A stretch of DNA of 63,393 nt, taken from positions 1-63,393 of the forward strand of contig CAIRHB010000013.1 in the NCBI GenBank assembly GCA_903878285.1. The letters are read 5' to 3'. The position numbers and the translations under genes are program-made. Positions 18,479-27,536 of the stretch are shown in pieces. This DNA is from Candidatus Adlerbacteria bacterium. Lineage in GTDB: Bacteria; Patescibacteriota; Minisyncoccia; Phycocordibacterales; SBAW01. Each line of letters begins with the position of its first letter. Within the stretch, counting starts at the first letter, position 1. Under the pieces are notes generated by a model, which did no database searches, was not told the origin of the DNA, and saw only the letters and a program-made list of their open reading frames with translations.

Positions 18479-19243
18479 ATGCCTTCAATACCAAAACTTG
18501 TTGCTTTTGATTTAGACGACACACTTGCCGAAAGCAAGCAGCCAATCACTCCCGAGATGGCGGCGCTGCTTTCGCAATTACTAGCGAGGGTGCCGGTCGC
18601 CGTCATGTCAGGTGGCAAATGGGAGCAGTTTATGAGGCAAGTGGTCTCCCGCCTACCCAAACACACCACACTTGAACATCTCTACCTCTTCCCCGCGAGC
18701 GCAGCGCAGTGCTATCGATATACTAACGGGGCATGGCATGCTGTATATGACCATTCGTTTACCGAGGAAGAGCGACAAGAAATTAGAGCAGCACTGCACA
18801 CTGCACTGAAAGACGTTGGCCTCGACACACCGCCGCCACAGCTGTGGGGCGAGCAGTTGGAGGATCGTGGCGCACAATTTTCCTTCTCGCCACTTGGGCA
18901 GCAAGCACCTGTTGCCGAAAAAAAGGCGTGGCGCGAGAAACACAATCCTCTGCGTCTTAAACTGCGTGAACTGTTGGCACAACTCCTCCCCGACTTCGAA
19001 GTAACAGCAGGCGGCAGAACGACCGTCGATATCACTCGTAAAAGCATCAACAAAGCATACGGCGTGCAGCAACTTGCTGACATGACCAACATTCCTGTCG
19101 CTGACATGCTCTACATTGGCGATGCGCTCTGGGAGGGTGGCAACGACGCAGTGGTGATTGAGACCAGCATCCCAACACACCAAGTATCTGGCCCAACAGA
19201 CACAACTATTTTTATCTTAGAGATTCTCAATTCTGCTTCGTAA
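18479..19243 (+). CDS. HAD-IIB hydrolase, eukaryotic-type phosphomannomutase-like
   Basis: The DxDxT motif FDLDDTL is followed by VAVMSGGKWEQF and a C-terminal GDA..EGGND motif. Confidence 0.65.
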   Translation: MPSIPKLVAFDLDDTLAESKQPITPEMAALLSQLLARVPVAVMSGGKWEQFMRQVVSRLPKHTTLEHLYLFPASAAQCYRYTNGAWHAVYDHSFTEEERQEIRAALHTALKDVGLDTPPPQLWGEQLEDRGAQFSFSPLGQQAPVAEKKAWREKHNPLRLKLRELLAQLLPDFEVTAGGRTTVDITRKSINKAYGVQQLADMTNIPVADMLYIGDALWEGGNDAVVIETSIPTHQVSGPTDTTIFILEILNSAS

Positions 19244-19266
19244 CACACCCTCCGCAAATGGGTATC

Positions 19267-20484
19267 CTACCGCTGCAAGAATGCCTCTTTCGCTGAGAGT
19301 TGCGATGCGCGATATGCTGGCCACGCGCCAGAGATGACGCCGATGATTATCGCCAATACAATGGTAAGCCCGACAAACCACAGTGGCGTGATAAAGAGCG
19401 TGAATGCTTTCCCACCCATATGTGTCGCAAAAATATTGAGTGCGAGGTTAATCCCCTGACCTGTCAGAAAGCCGATAGCGACTCCGCCCGCGCCACCAAG
19501 AAACCCCATCATCGCCGCTTCAAGTAAAAAGAGGTTACGCACATCGGCATCCGATGCGCCGAGTGACTTGAGCACACCGACTTCATACGTACGTTCCATA
19601 AATGCTACGATCATGGTATTAAACATGCCGATTGCCGACACGAAGAGCGCCGTGATACCGAACACGCCAAGCACGATGGTGATGATGTTCGTAATCTGCC
19701 GTGCTTGGTTGACCAAGTCGACACGTGCCGAAACAATGAGCCCACGGTCGGTTAGCTCGTTGCGCACTTTTTCGACCGAGTCAACACTGTTCGCCTTTAC
19801 TAATACCGACTGATAAAACGTCGGCTGGAGCGCAACAGCGTCCGGCGGGATAAGCGCCTCGGCAGCTTTCGTGTCGTCGGAGATGATGCCAACGATAGGA
19901 AGGTCGCTGACAGACTTTGTCTGTGTGGTAGTCGCACGTAGCGCATCCTCATAGTTGACTACCAAGTTCACTGTATAGGCAAACGAGGCGGTCGTTGTCG
20001 GTAGACCCATCAACGCAAGCGCTTGACTCGTTAGCACGACACCAGGCGACGATGTGCTATACACGGTACCGAGTGTTGGCGCCGTACCTGATAGTCGAAA
20101 ATAGGCGGGCTCTATAATTTGGATGTCTACCACCGCGGGACGCCCGACGCCCGACTGCGACACTTCCCCCGAGGGGACGTCTGCAATAGGGACAACCTCT
20201 GCAACATTCGGCAAAGACCGGAGATCAGCTACTGCCTTGGTGGAAAAGGTGAGGTTCGTCTCATTTGAGTATGCAGCCTCCATTGTCACCAACGAGTCCT
20301 GTGTCGTCACCAAGTTGCCAATCAAAATATACTGCAAACCGTACCCCAGAGAGACAAGAAAGAGCACCACACCAAACCCGACCGACATACCAAGGATGGT
20401 CAGCGCCGCGCGCACCGGTTTGACGCGAAAGTTCCGCGACGACAGCCGGAGCATTTCTCCAATGAGTAGTTTGTGCCTATCCAT
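19267..20484 (-). CDS. FtsX/MacB-type ABC transporter permease (no ATPase gene adjacent)
   Basis: TM1 is followed by a large extracytoplasmic domain of about 230 aa and then three C-terminal TM helices of the FtsX type (LKSLGASDADVRNLFLLEA). It starts 24 nt downstream of the giant gene. Confidence 0.8.
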   Translation of the reverse strand: MDRHKLLIGEMLRLSSRNFRVKPVRAALTILGMSVGFGVVLFLVSLGYGLQYILIGNLVTTQDSLVTMEAAYSNETNLTFSTKAVADLRSLPNVAEVVPIADVPSGEVSQSGVGRPAVVDIQIIEPAYFRLSGTAPTLGTVYSTSSPGVVLTSQALALMGLPTTTASFAYTVNLVVNYEDALRATTTQTKSVSDLPIVGIISDDTKAAEALIPPDAVALQPTFYQSVLVKANSVDSVEKVRNELTDRGLIVSARVDLVNQARQITNIITIVLGVFGITALFVSAIGMFNTMIVAFMERTYEVGVLKSLGASDADVRNLFLLEAAMMGFLGGAGGVAIGFLTGQGINLALNIFATHMGGKAFTLFITPLWFVGLTIVLAIIIGVISGAWPAYRASQLSAKEAFLQR

Positions 20485-20508
20485 GTTGTCAGTATGCTGC
20501 CCACCTCC

Positions 20509-23500
20509 CTACTTAATAAAACTAAACGTCGTTGAGAAGTTCTTGAAGATGATGTCGACGATCGACTCACTCTGTTGCGGCGTCACAACGGTGCGCACCG
20601 GCAGTGTCTCGGTGTTCCCTGCCTGGTCGGTCGAGGACACCTGGATGCGGTAGATGGTGGACGGCTTGAGACTTGGCAGTAGCACCACGTGGTCCTGCAC
20701 AAAGCCGGTGTCATTCTCGACCTTGTTCTTGAGCGGTACGGTGGTGTTGCCACTTCCCTCCTCGTAGTACACCGCGCTAGTAGATGGCTTGTCGGTCTTC
20801 CACGAGACGATAGACTGTACAATATCGGTGCGACCCGGCACCAGGTTGGAGTCGATACGAAGGCTGGTGACCTGTGGGAGTGTCTTGTCGACCAGCGTAG
20901 TGACCGGCAGTGTACTGGTCATGGTGATGAGGTTACCATCTGCGTCGTAGCCATATGCTTTGACGTCGTAGGTATGCCCAGAGACAAGGTTGTTAGCAGT
21001 GAGATCGTGAGCGAGGGTCAGGGTGGCGTCCTTGAGTGTCTGGATGGTGCCTGTGGTGCGGTCGGTAAAGTCAATACTCGAGGAGGTCTGGATGCTCGTG
21101 GTCCACAGCACACGGAAGGAGTCTGGCTTCACATCAAGCACCTGTGGCGTGATTGGCCCTGCTTTGGTGGTGACAGTGTAGTCGCTACTCTTGGCGATCA
21201 CTTGAGGGAAGATGAATGCCTTGGTGATGAAGTGGTATTTGGTGTTTGGTGCCAGGTTGGTAAGGGTAAGCTGATGCGTTGTAGTGGCGATCTTGAGGTC
21301 AGAGGATTCTGCGGTGTAGTTGTGTGTCTTTTGGTAGGCAGCGTCTGTGTCGTAGTCGAGCACGGTGTAGGCAGGCACGTTGGTGCTCCAAGAGATCGTG
21401 GTGCTGTCCTGTGTGGTGCTGGCGATAATGGGCGTCGTCATGAATGGTGGGTTGATCGATGGGAGAGCCGACTGGATAATGTCCTCCAGCTTGCTCTGGA
21501 TATCGACCGCCTTGCTGAGTGCCGAGAGGTCGCCGAGGTCTTCGGCGGAGAACTTGGTGGTGAAGGAGGCGTCGGTGGATTGTGCAGTGAGACCGTCTTT
21601 GCTGATGACACTAACGAGATAATGGTAAGTGGTGCCTGGGAGCAGGTTGTTGATCTTGATACTGGTGTTAGCAGAAGGTGTCCAACTGCTTGCACTGTCG
21701 GTATAGGTTGCGGTGGGGGTACTGGAAGAAGTTGCACCATATTGGAGCCCCACTCGCACATCCTTGTCTGTCACCACATTAACCGTCGCATCAAAGGTGT
21801 CGATAGGATCCACCGTCATACTGCTGATCTTGGGTGCCACGGGCACTACCGGCGTCGGGTTGTTGGTGCTCCCTGCGCCGCCACTTGATGCCTGCACCAC
21901 AATCACCTCCGTGGCAGACGTCGTGACCATCTGCTCGTCGGATACACCACGGTTCCCGAGCGCATCATTGGCGATGATACGGAAGTAGTATGCCGTACTT
22001 GGTGTCAGGCCCGAGAGCGTCGCTACATGGAAGGTACCGAGCGTGGTATCCAGCACCGTGTTTGTGGTGTAGTTCCCGTCGGTAGTAGAGGCGACCGTGC
22101 CATACTCGACCTGTGTATCTGCGGGCTTGTCAGTGTTCCAGGTGACGACGATGTTCTTGGCATCAATGACAGGTTCGACAATGTCCGTGATAGTAGGCGG
22201 CGTGCTGTCTTTACCCGTGGTGAGCGTGTAGTTTGATCCGCCCGTGTTGTGGTCTGCGCTGGTGATACTATTTGCATCGGTCGAAGTAACGTAGAACGAG
22301 TATGGCGTAAGCGCCTGCAGATTGGTGAGTGTCACGCTGTGTGTAGTGGTGGCAGTCCCCGACCCAGCGGTTAGCGGATGCGACGGGTCAGCACTCACCC
22401 AGTAGAACACCTGCGAGTCTGCTGCGGTGTCAGTGTTCCAGGTGATCGTAGCACTGTGGTAGTCCTCGGTGTGCGCCACCGCGGTGATGACGGGGCCACT
22501 CACAGTGGTAAAGGTGTAGCCATTGTCCTCGCTGTTGGTGTTGCGACAAATGTCGGTGGAGGTGACCTTGTACTGGTAGGTGGTGTGTGCCTGAAGGTTG
22601 GTGAGATACACCGTGTGTGTGTTGAGGTAGCTGGTGGTCGAGGCGATGCCGCTAAAGCCACCCATACCGTAGGTCACCACCCCGTCTGCGAGATTGTTCG
22701 GCGTGCTCCAGGTAATCGTGGCAGACGTGTTGCCGAGATTACTCACAACAGGTGTCGTCATCACAGGCGGGAGTGACGAGCAGCCAGAGCCAGTGGGGGT
22801 CACTTTACTTGTGGGAGTAAAGTCAGAGAGGTTGCCAGCTTGGTCAACGGTACGTTCCTTGTAGTAGTAGCTGGTAGTGGAGGACAGGTTCATGTCCAGA
22901 TAGTAGTTGAGCGCCGCGGTGGTGACGGTTTGGAAGGGACTGTAGGTGGTGCCGTCGGTTGAACGCCAGATCTGGTACGCCTGGAAGGGGTCGCTACCGC
23001 CGTATAGTGACCACGCCAAGAAGAGTTGGTAGGTGTTCGTGGTGGCGTTTGATATATCGTGTGCCTCAAAGTTGTCGAGTGTTGCAGGCGCCAACACCGT
23101 GGTCGTGGCAATGTTGTTGAAGATATCCTTCGTGACCACCGTGACCGAGTGGGTTGAGGTACCGGTGTCGAGTGTCCAAGGTATACTAAGCGCGAAGGAT
23201 AACGGGAGCGCGTCGAGGATCAGAGACGGTGGTTCCTGGTTAACTCCACTGCTCCCGTTTACTCCGTCAGCAGTGCCGTTGCTGTTGTTGGAGACCGTAT
23301 AGTTGAGCAGCGGCACCGAGCTCGAGGCACTAATGCTCACGGTGGAAGTGCTGCTGGAGCCATCGATATGTACACTAACAGATGGTTGCTTCGTCTCGAT
23401 AGCGAACGCGGAGGTAGTGGCGTAGGCGATATTGTTGATGACCTCGTTGTCGTTGGCGGTGATGCGTACCTGCGCAGTAGTGCTATAGGTGTTGGGGATG

Positions 23501-26500
23501 TCTTGTGCTGCGTTCCAGTAAGCGGTGTAAGCGGTGTAGCCAATCTCCGTCACCGCCTTGTTACTCACTGCGTTGGTGGCGTTACCAGCGGCGTCGGCGA
23601 TGGTGGTGATGTTGTGCCAGGTGTCGGCGGGACTCAGGCGATATTGGAAGGAGGGGGTAATGAAGCCAGGCGTTACACTGCCGGAGGAGGTATCTTGGTC
23701 GCGCACGCGGTAGTCGATGCGTACTTTGCCATAGTTGGAGGAACTCTCAAGAGATGGCATACCGCTGTAGGGTATGTTGATCTGTCCCGCGGTAGCACCT
23801 GCCCCGTTACCAAGCGAGGGGTCGAAGTCTGGTGCTCCGTTTTGTGCATAGGTGACAACGATGCTGGTAATCGCGGGCACCGCGACTCCGTTGGAGGAGA
23901 TGAGGGTTGCTTGTACTTCCAGGTACTGATCGGTCGGCGGCGTGGTGTTGGTGGTGTCCCCTGTATTAGGCAGGATAGAAGCAGTACCTGAGCCGTTGGT
24001 GGCGAGGATGGTAGCAGACCATTGTGCGCTATAGAGACTGTCCTGCGTGTTAGCGCCACGCGTGCGGAAGAGTATCTGTGTGTTTGAGGGGATGGTGGTA
24101 GCCCAGCCCAGAGACACCATCTGTGCTGCTCCCTCGGCGTTGATCTTGAAGTTCTGCAGTGTGCCTATATAGTTGTGGTCGTTGTATGATAGGGTGAAGG
24201 ACGAGACGGTGGCGTCACCAGTGAAATCGACACGGTACTTGAGTGTGGTACCAGTCGTGGTGGCGAAGGTGGTTGGAGTGCCGGGGGTGGATGCGACCCA
24301 GGTGGCACCGTTGTCGTTGGAAAGATAGTAGGCTACGGAGCCGGCGGTGCCATTGGAGGCAACGACGTTCTGGATGGTAGCGGATTGAATACCGCCAGGG
24401 ACGGTTGCGAGGGTGGTGGAGAAGGCTGACTGAGAAACGGGAGGAGGGGTGGAGGAGGCGAGGGTGCCGTTGCCAGACCAGTACATGGTGCCATTTGCAG
24501 CAGCTATCACTGCCTCGTTAGAATTATTGTTCATGGTACTGAGGAAGCTTACTGCAGATGGCACGCTAGACCACTGCGCGTTTGTGCCACTGGGACCATA
24601 CTTCGCCACGAGTCCGTTATTGAAACCAACATAGATGGAGTGCGACACCGGGTCGTAGGTGTTTACGTTGGCGGCCCAACTGTTAGACGGAGTAGCATTA
24701 AACAGCGTTGTAAATTGTGTAGACAGAGAAGATACCGCGGTACCAACATTATTCGCGAGCATACCAATGTTCCAAAAAGCACTGGATTCAAATATTACGC
24801 CTGAGATAGGATCTACCAATGGAATTGAAGGTGCCCAGCATCCAGGAGAGACAGGGATGGTTGTTATAGTACCATCAAGACCTACCTTTATTGTCCCCGC
24901 AGCAGAAGTTCCTTGATATATCTTATTATCATATGCGCCATAAGTTAACGCAGTAGTGCCCCCAGAGCCGCAGCCTGTATCATTAGTAAAAGTATATGGA
25001 CTGCCAACCTGTGCTGTAGCGCCAGTTTGTAAATTGTATGAGTAGAATGTCTCGGTTACACTACTGCCCGACACTATTCCTTGCGAAAGATACAACAAAT
25101 GAGTAGCTGGATTTATCGCTCCAGTTACTGATGCCCAATAACTACTAGACAATAGAGGTATAGCGTTTGTACCAGACGACCCCATTACAGGCGTTACCGC
25201 ATCAGTTGCTGTGTTGTAGATAAAGGTTCCTCCACCTGAGTTAGAAACTACGAGACTATTAGTTGCTGCATCAAACGAGAGCACAACGCCAGCGTATCGT
25301 GGATCCTCCCACCAGACCATCTTTGAAGAGAGGTCAGTTTTTGCACCTGTGGTCAAATTAATCCTCCCAAGAAAGGCAGAGTTCGCAACAAACAGGTAGT
25401 TATGATTGGAGTCATATGCAAGTGCTGATGCTTGTCGATTAGGGTCAGCGAAGATATTCGTCACGAGTGAGCTAATGTCCTGAAACCTGTCAACATTCGT
25501 CCGCGCAAGTTTATTGACGGTGATTGGTGAATAGTATGGGCCGTATGATTTTAGTGCAGAAACTTCCCCAGCCGACAGCGCTCGGTTGTAGATAGCAACA
25601 CCAGCAATAGTAGCGTTTGAATAGTCGCCTTGGTAAGTTGGATTATAGCCAATAGATATGCTCGTGTTGGAAGGAATTGTGCCCACAAGCGCTTTAGTGT
25701 CTACTAATATTCCGTCAACATACATCTTTACATTGGAGCCATCATAGGTGTTGACCACATGATGCCAAATCGCTGTCGAGGTAGAGACGCTTGTACTCAC
25801 ATTGGTAGAACCATTGCCGATATTAAAACTAAAACCACTGCTATTTGCAAAGAACTGGAATCCCCTATTGTCTACGTCTGTATGCGAGTTTGCCATCAAT
25901 CGACCACCATTACCACCAAGCACCCACGCATCAAGCGTAAATGCAGTGTAACTCTGTGCAGTGTTTGCAAGGTCAATATGTTGATTACTTCCATTTAACT
26001 GTATTGCCTGCCCAAACCCCGTTGGTCCTGTCACACCATTGTATCCATTGACCACGGTTCCTGTATGACCATTGCTACTCAGATCTGGTAGCTGCACACC
26101 ACTAATGGTAGAGCTGTCGGAGTAGTAGGCAACGGGTGGATTCCCTGGGACTGCTGTTGAGTATCCTGTAACAAACGTCTGAGCCGTCGCCCAACTACTA
26201 CTAGTGTCCAGATGATAGTCAGTCCCGTTCGTGCCATTGAAGCTCTCGTTGAATGTACCCTTGAGCGAATCTGACCGCAGCGTAACAGTACCGGGCGTGG
26301 TAGTCATATCCACGTTTGGTGTGATGATGGTGGAGGTTGCAATACGGCCATCATTGTTGACACTACCAGTGGTGCCACTCCAGCCACTTTGGAATGCAGT
26401 CTGTGTTGCCCAAGGCGCCGTATAGGTTGCCGCTTGTGCAACGGGGAGAACGCCAACGAGTGGTGAGGAGATGAGCGAGGAGACAACCAAGAGTACGAGG

Positions 26501-26589
26501 AGGCGTTGCGTGAGCGTACGTAGCTGCACAAACACTCGTATGCAGACGGTTCGCACTTGTTGCTGTGTCAAAAAGTTTTGCATGTACAA
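20509..26589 (-). CDS. Giant secreted surface protein (2026 aa) with a LamG-like lectin domain and about eight FN3-like repeats
   Basis: It has a signal peptide (LLVLLVVSSLISSPLVGVLPVAQA) and a Laminin_G_3-like block (LNGSNQHIDL...FTLDAWV...VKMYVDG...AIYNRALS). Repeated FN3 / PAP-N-like modules each end in motifs such as LTNLQAHTTYQYKVTSTD. Confidence 0.85.
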   Translation of the reverse strand: MYMQNFLTQQQVRTVCIRVFVQLRTLTQRLLVLLVVSSLISSPLVGVLPVAQAATYTAPWATQTAFQSGWSGTTGSVNNDGRIATSTIITPNVDMTTTPGTVTLRSDSLKGTFNESFNGTNGTDYHLDTSSSWATAQTFVTGYSTAVPGNPPVAYYSDSSTISGVQLPDLSSNGHTGTVVNGYNGVTGPTGFGQAIQLNGSNQHIDLANTAQSYTAFTLDAWVLGGNGGRLMANSHTDVDNRGFQFFANSSGFSFNIGNGSTNVSTSVSTSTAIWHHVVNTYDGSNVKMYVDGILVDTKALVGTIPSNTSISIGYNPTYQGDYSNATIAGVAIYNRALSAGEVSALKSYGPYYSPITVNKLARTNVDRFQDISSLVTNIFADPNRQASALAYDSNHNYLFVANSAFLGRINLTTGAKTDLSSKMVWWEDPRYAGVVLSFDAATNSLVVSNSGGGTFIYNTATDAVTPVMGSSGTNAIPLLSSSYWASVTGAINPATHLLYLSQGIVSGSSVTETFYSYNLQTGATAQVGSPYTFTNDTGCGSGGTTALTYGAYDNKIYQGTSAAGTIKVGLDGTITTIPVSPGCWAPSIPLVDPISGVIFESSAFWNIGMLANNVGTAVSSLSTQFTTLFNATPSNSWAANVNTYDPVSHSIYVGFNNGLVAKYGPSGTNAQWSSVPSAVSFLSTMNNNSNEAVIAAANGTMYWSGNGTLASSTPPPVSQSAFSTTLATVPGGIQSATIQNVVASNGTAGSVAYYLSNDNGATWVASTPGTPTTFATTTGTTLKYRVDFTGDATVSSFTLSYNDHNYIGTLQNFKINAEGAAQMVSLGWATTIPSNTQILFRTRGANTQDSLYSAQWSATILATNGSGTASILPNTGDTTNTTPPTDQYLEVQATLISSNGVAVPAITSIVVTYAQNGAPDFDPSLGNGAGATAGQINIPYSGMPSLESSSNYGKVRIDYRVRDQDTSSGSVTPGFITPSFQYRLSPADTWHNITTIADAAGNATNAVSNKAVTEIGYTAYTAYWNAAQDIPNTYSTTAQVRITANDNEVINNIAYATTSAFAIETKQPSVSVHIDGSSSTSTVSISASSSVPLLNYTVSNNSNGTADGVNGSSGVNQEPPSLILDALPLSFALSIPWTLDTGTSTHSVTVVTKDIFNNIATTTVLAPATLDNFEAHDISNATTNTYQLFLAWSLYGGSDPFQAYQIWRSTDGTTYSPFQTVTTAALNYYLDMNLSSTTSYYYKERTVDQAGNLSDFTPTSKVTPTGSGCSSLPPVMTTPVVSNLGNTSATITWSTPNNLADGVVTYGMGGFSGIASTTSYLNTHTVYLTNLQAHTTYQYKVTSTDICRNTNSEDNGYTFTTVSGPVITAVAHTEDYHSATITWNTDTAADSQVFYWVSADPSHPLTAGSGTATTTHSVTLTNLQALTPYSFYVTSTDANSITSADHNTGGSNYTLTTGKDSTPPTITDIVEPVIDAKNIVVTWNTDKPADTQVEYGTVASTTDGNYTTNTVLDTTLGTFHVATLSGLTPSTAYYFRIIANDALGNRGVSDEQMVTTSATEVIVVQASSGGAGSTNNPTPVVPVAPKISSMTVDPIDTFDATVNVVTDKDVRVGLQYGATSSSTPTATYTDSASSWTPSANTSIKINNLLPGTTYHYLVSVISKDGLTAQSTDASFTTKFSAEDLGDLSALSKAVDIQSKLEDIIQSALPSINPPFMTTPIIASTTQDSTTISWSTNVPAYTVLDYDTDAAYQKTHNYTAESSDLKIATTTHQLTLTNLAPNTKYHFITKAFIFPQVIAKSSDYTVTTKAGPITPQVLDVKPDSFRVLWTTSIQTSSSIDFTDRTTGTIQTLKDATLTLAHDLTANNLVSGHTYDVKAYGYDADGNLITMTSTLPVTTLVDKTLPQVTSLRIDSNLVPGRTDIVQSIVSWKTDKPSTSAVYYEEGSGNTTVPLKNKVENDTGFVQDHVVLLPSLKPSTIYRIQVSSTDQAGNTETLPVRTVVTPQQSESIVDIIFKNFSTTFSFIK

Positions 26590-26680
26590 GAAATGAACGT
26601 GTACTTAGTATACCACTCATGTCTCTCGACCTGCAGCGTGTTGTGCAAGGGGTTTGTGGATAACTTTTTTCTTATCTCTT

Positions 26681-27511
26681 TTATTTCAAAGACTTCTCGA
26701 CACTGTAGTCGCCAACCTTGGTGCGCAGAATGCGTAGCGCGAGTGCGGGGACACCAAGCCCTTGACCCAACCCATGTGCAATCGATCGCGCATAGGTGCC
26801 GCTGGAGCAAGAAATGTGAATGGTTGCGCAGGGGAAAAGACGGTCGTTCTGTTTACGTAGATTGCGATGCCAAAGCCGAAGTATCTCCTCCTGCCGAAAA
26901 TCGCCCTGCACTTTAGCGATTGTCTCTTCAAGATAAGACAGCAGCTCGTTATCTGAGACTTTATAAATCTCGGATAGGCGAATATCGTATGTATTCACTT
27001 GTCTTCTCGGCAAGACGATATTCCCAATGAGGCCGCCACGTGCCCACTCGAAGAGGGATTTTCCATCTACCGGCTTGGAAGAAAACGGCGGATATTCTTG
27101 CGAAAACTGACCACGAAACTCGTTAAGTCCTTGCTCGATTGCGCTACGCTTGATAGATGTACCGTCGCCACTTTCCATCACCTTGCCAAGCAGGTCGTAG
27201 GTGTCGGTCGAAAAGCCAAAAAGCACATCGAGCGTGTACTCTTTACTCATATCGAGATAGGCATCGCGCATCTTGTTTGCCGAGCCAACGAGGGCGATCA
27301 GCACCCCCTCTGCCATCGGGTCGAGCCGTCCTGCGTAGGAAAGCACTTCGTTAGCGCATTCTGGCTTCTGCGCACGCAGACGCTCAAGCCGCTCACGCGG
27401 TGTCTCCCCCACCTGCTTGTACAGATTAAGTACCTTACCACCGACCGTGCGCGGATGCACCATATCGCCCATCCTTCGATCTTTTACCTCGTACGTGTTT
27501 TCCTGCGGCAT
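26681..27511 (-). CDS. truB: tRNA pseudouridine synthase, TruB-like
   Basis: Catalytic-Asp motif AGRLDPMAEGVL. The start is uncertain (27511, 27472 or 27463). Confidence 0.6.
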   Translation of the reverse strand: MPQENTYEVKDRRMGDMVHPRTVGGKVLNLYKQVGETPRERLERLRAQKPECANEVLSYAGRLDPMAEGVLIALVGSANKMRDAYLDMSKEYTLDVLFGFSTDTYDLLGKVMESGDGTSIKRSAIEQGLNEFRGQFSQEYPPFSSKPVDGKSLFEWARGGLIGNIVLPRRQVNTYDIRLSEIYKVSDNELLSYLEETIAKVQGDFRQEEILRLWHRNLRKQNDRLFPCATIHISCSSGTYARSIAHGLGQGLGVPALALRILRTKVGDYSVEKSLK

Positions 27512-27536
27512 TTCTGCTAGAATACTAGAAAACACC

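Noticed and set aside
19244-19266. The CCTCCGC-containing strings in several intergenic spacers (19247, 34507, 36295, 56803), considered as a shared motif.
   Set aside because: One of them (56803) is simply the complement of the MTase Shine-Dalgarno sequence. The others share only 7-10 nt. I cannot separate this from chance without a genome-wide count.
20689-21888. A 399-aa + strand ORF antisense to the giant surface-protein gene.
   Set aside because: It is Gly/Val/Arg-rich antisense translation of FN3 repeats. It has no start signals. The minus-strand frame has clear domain structure.
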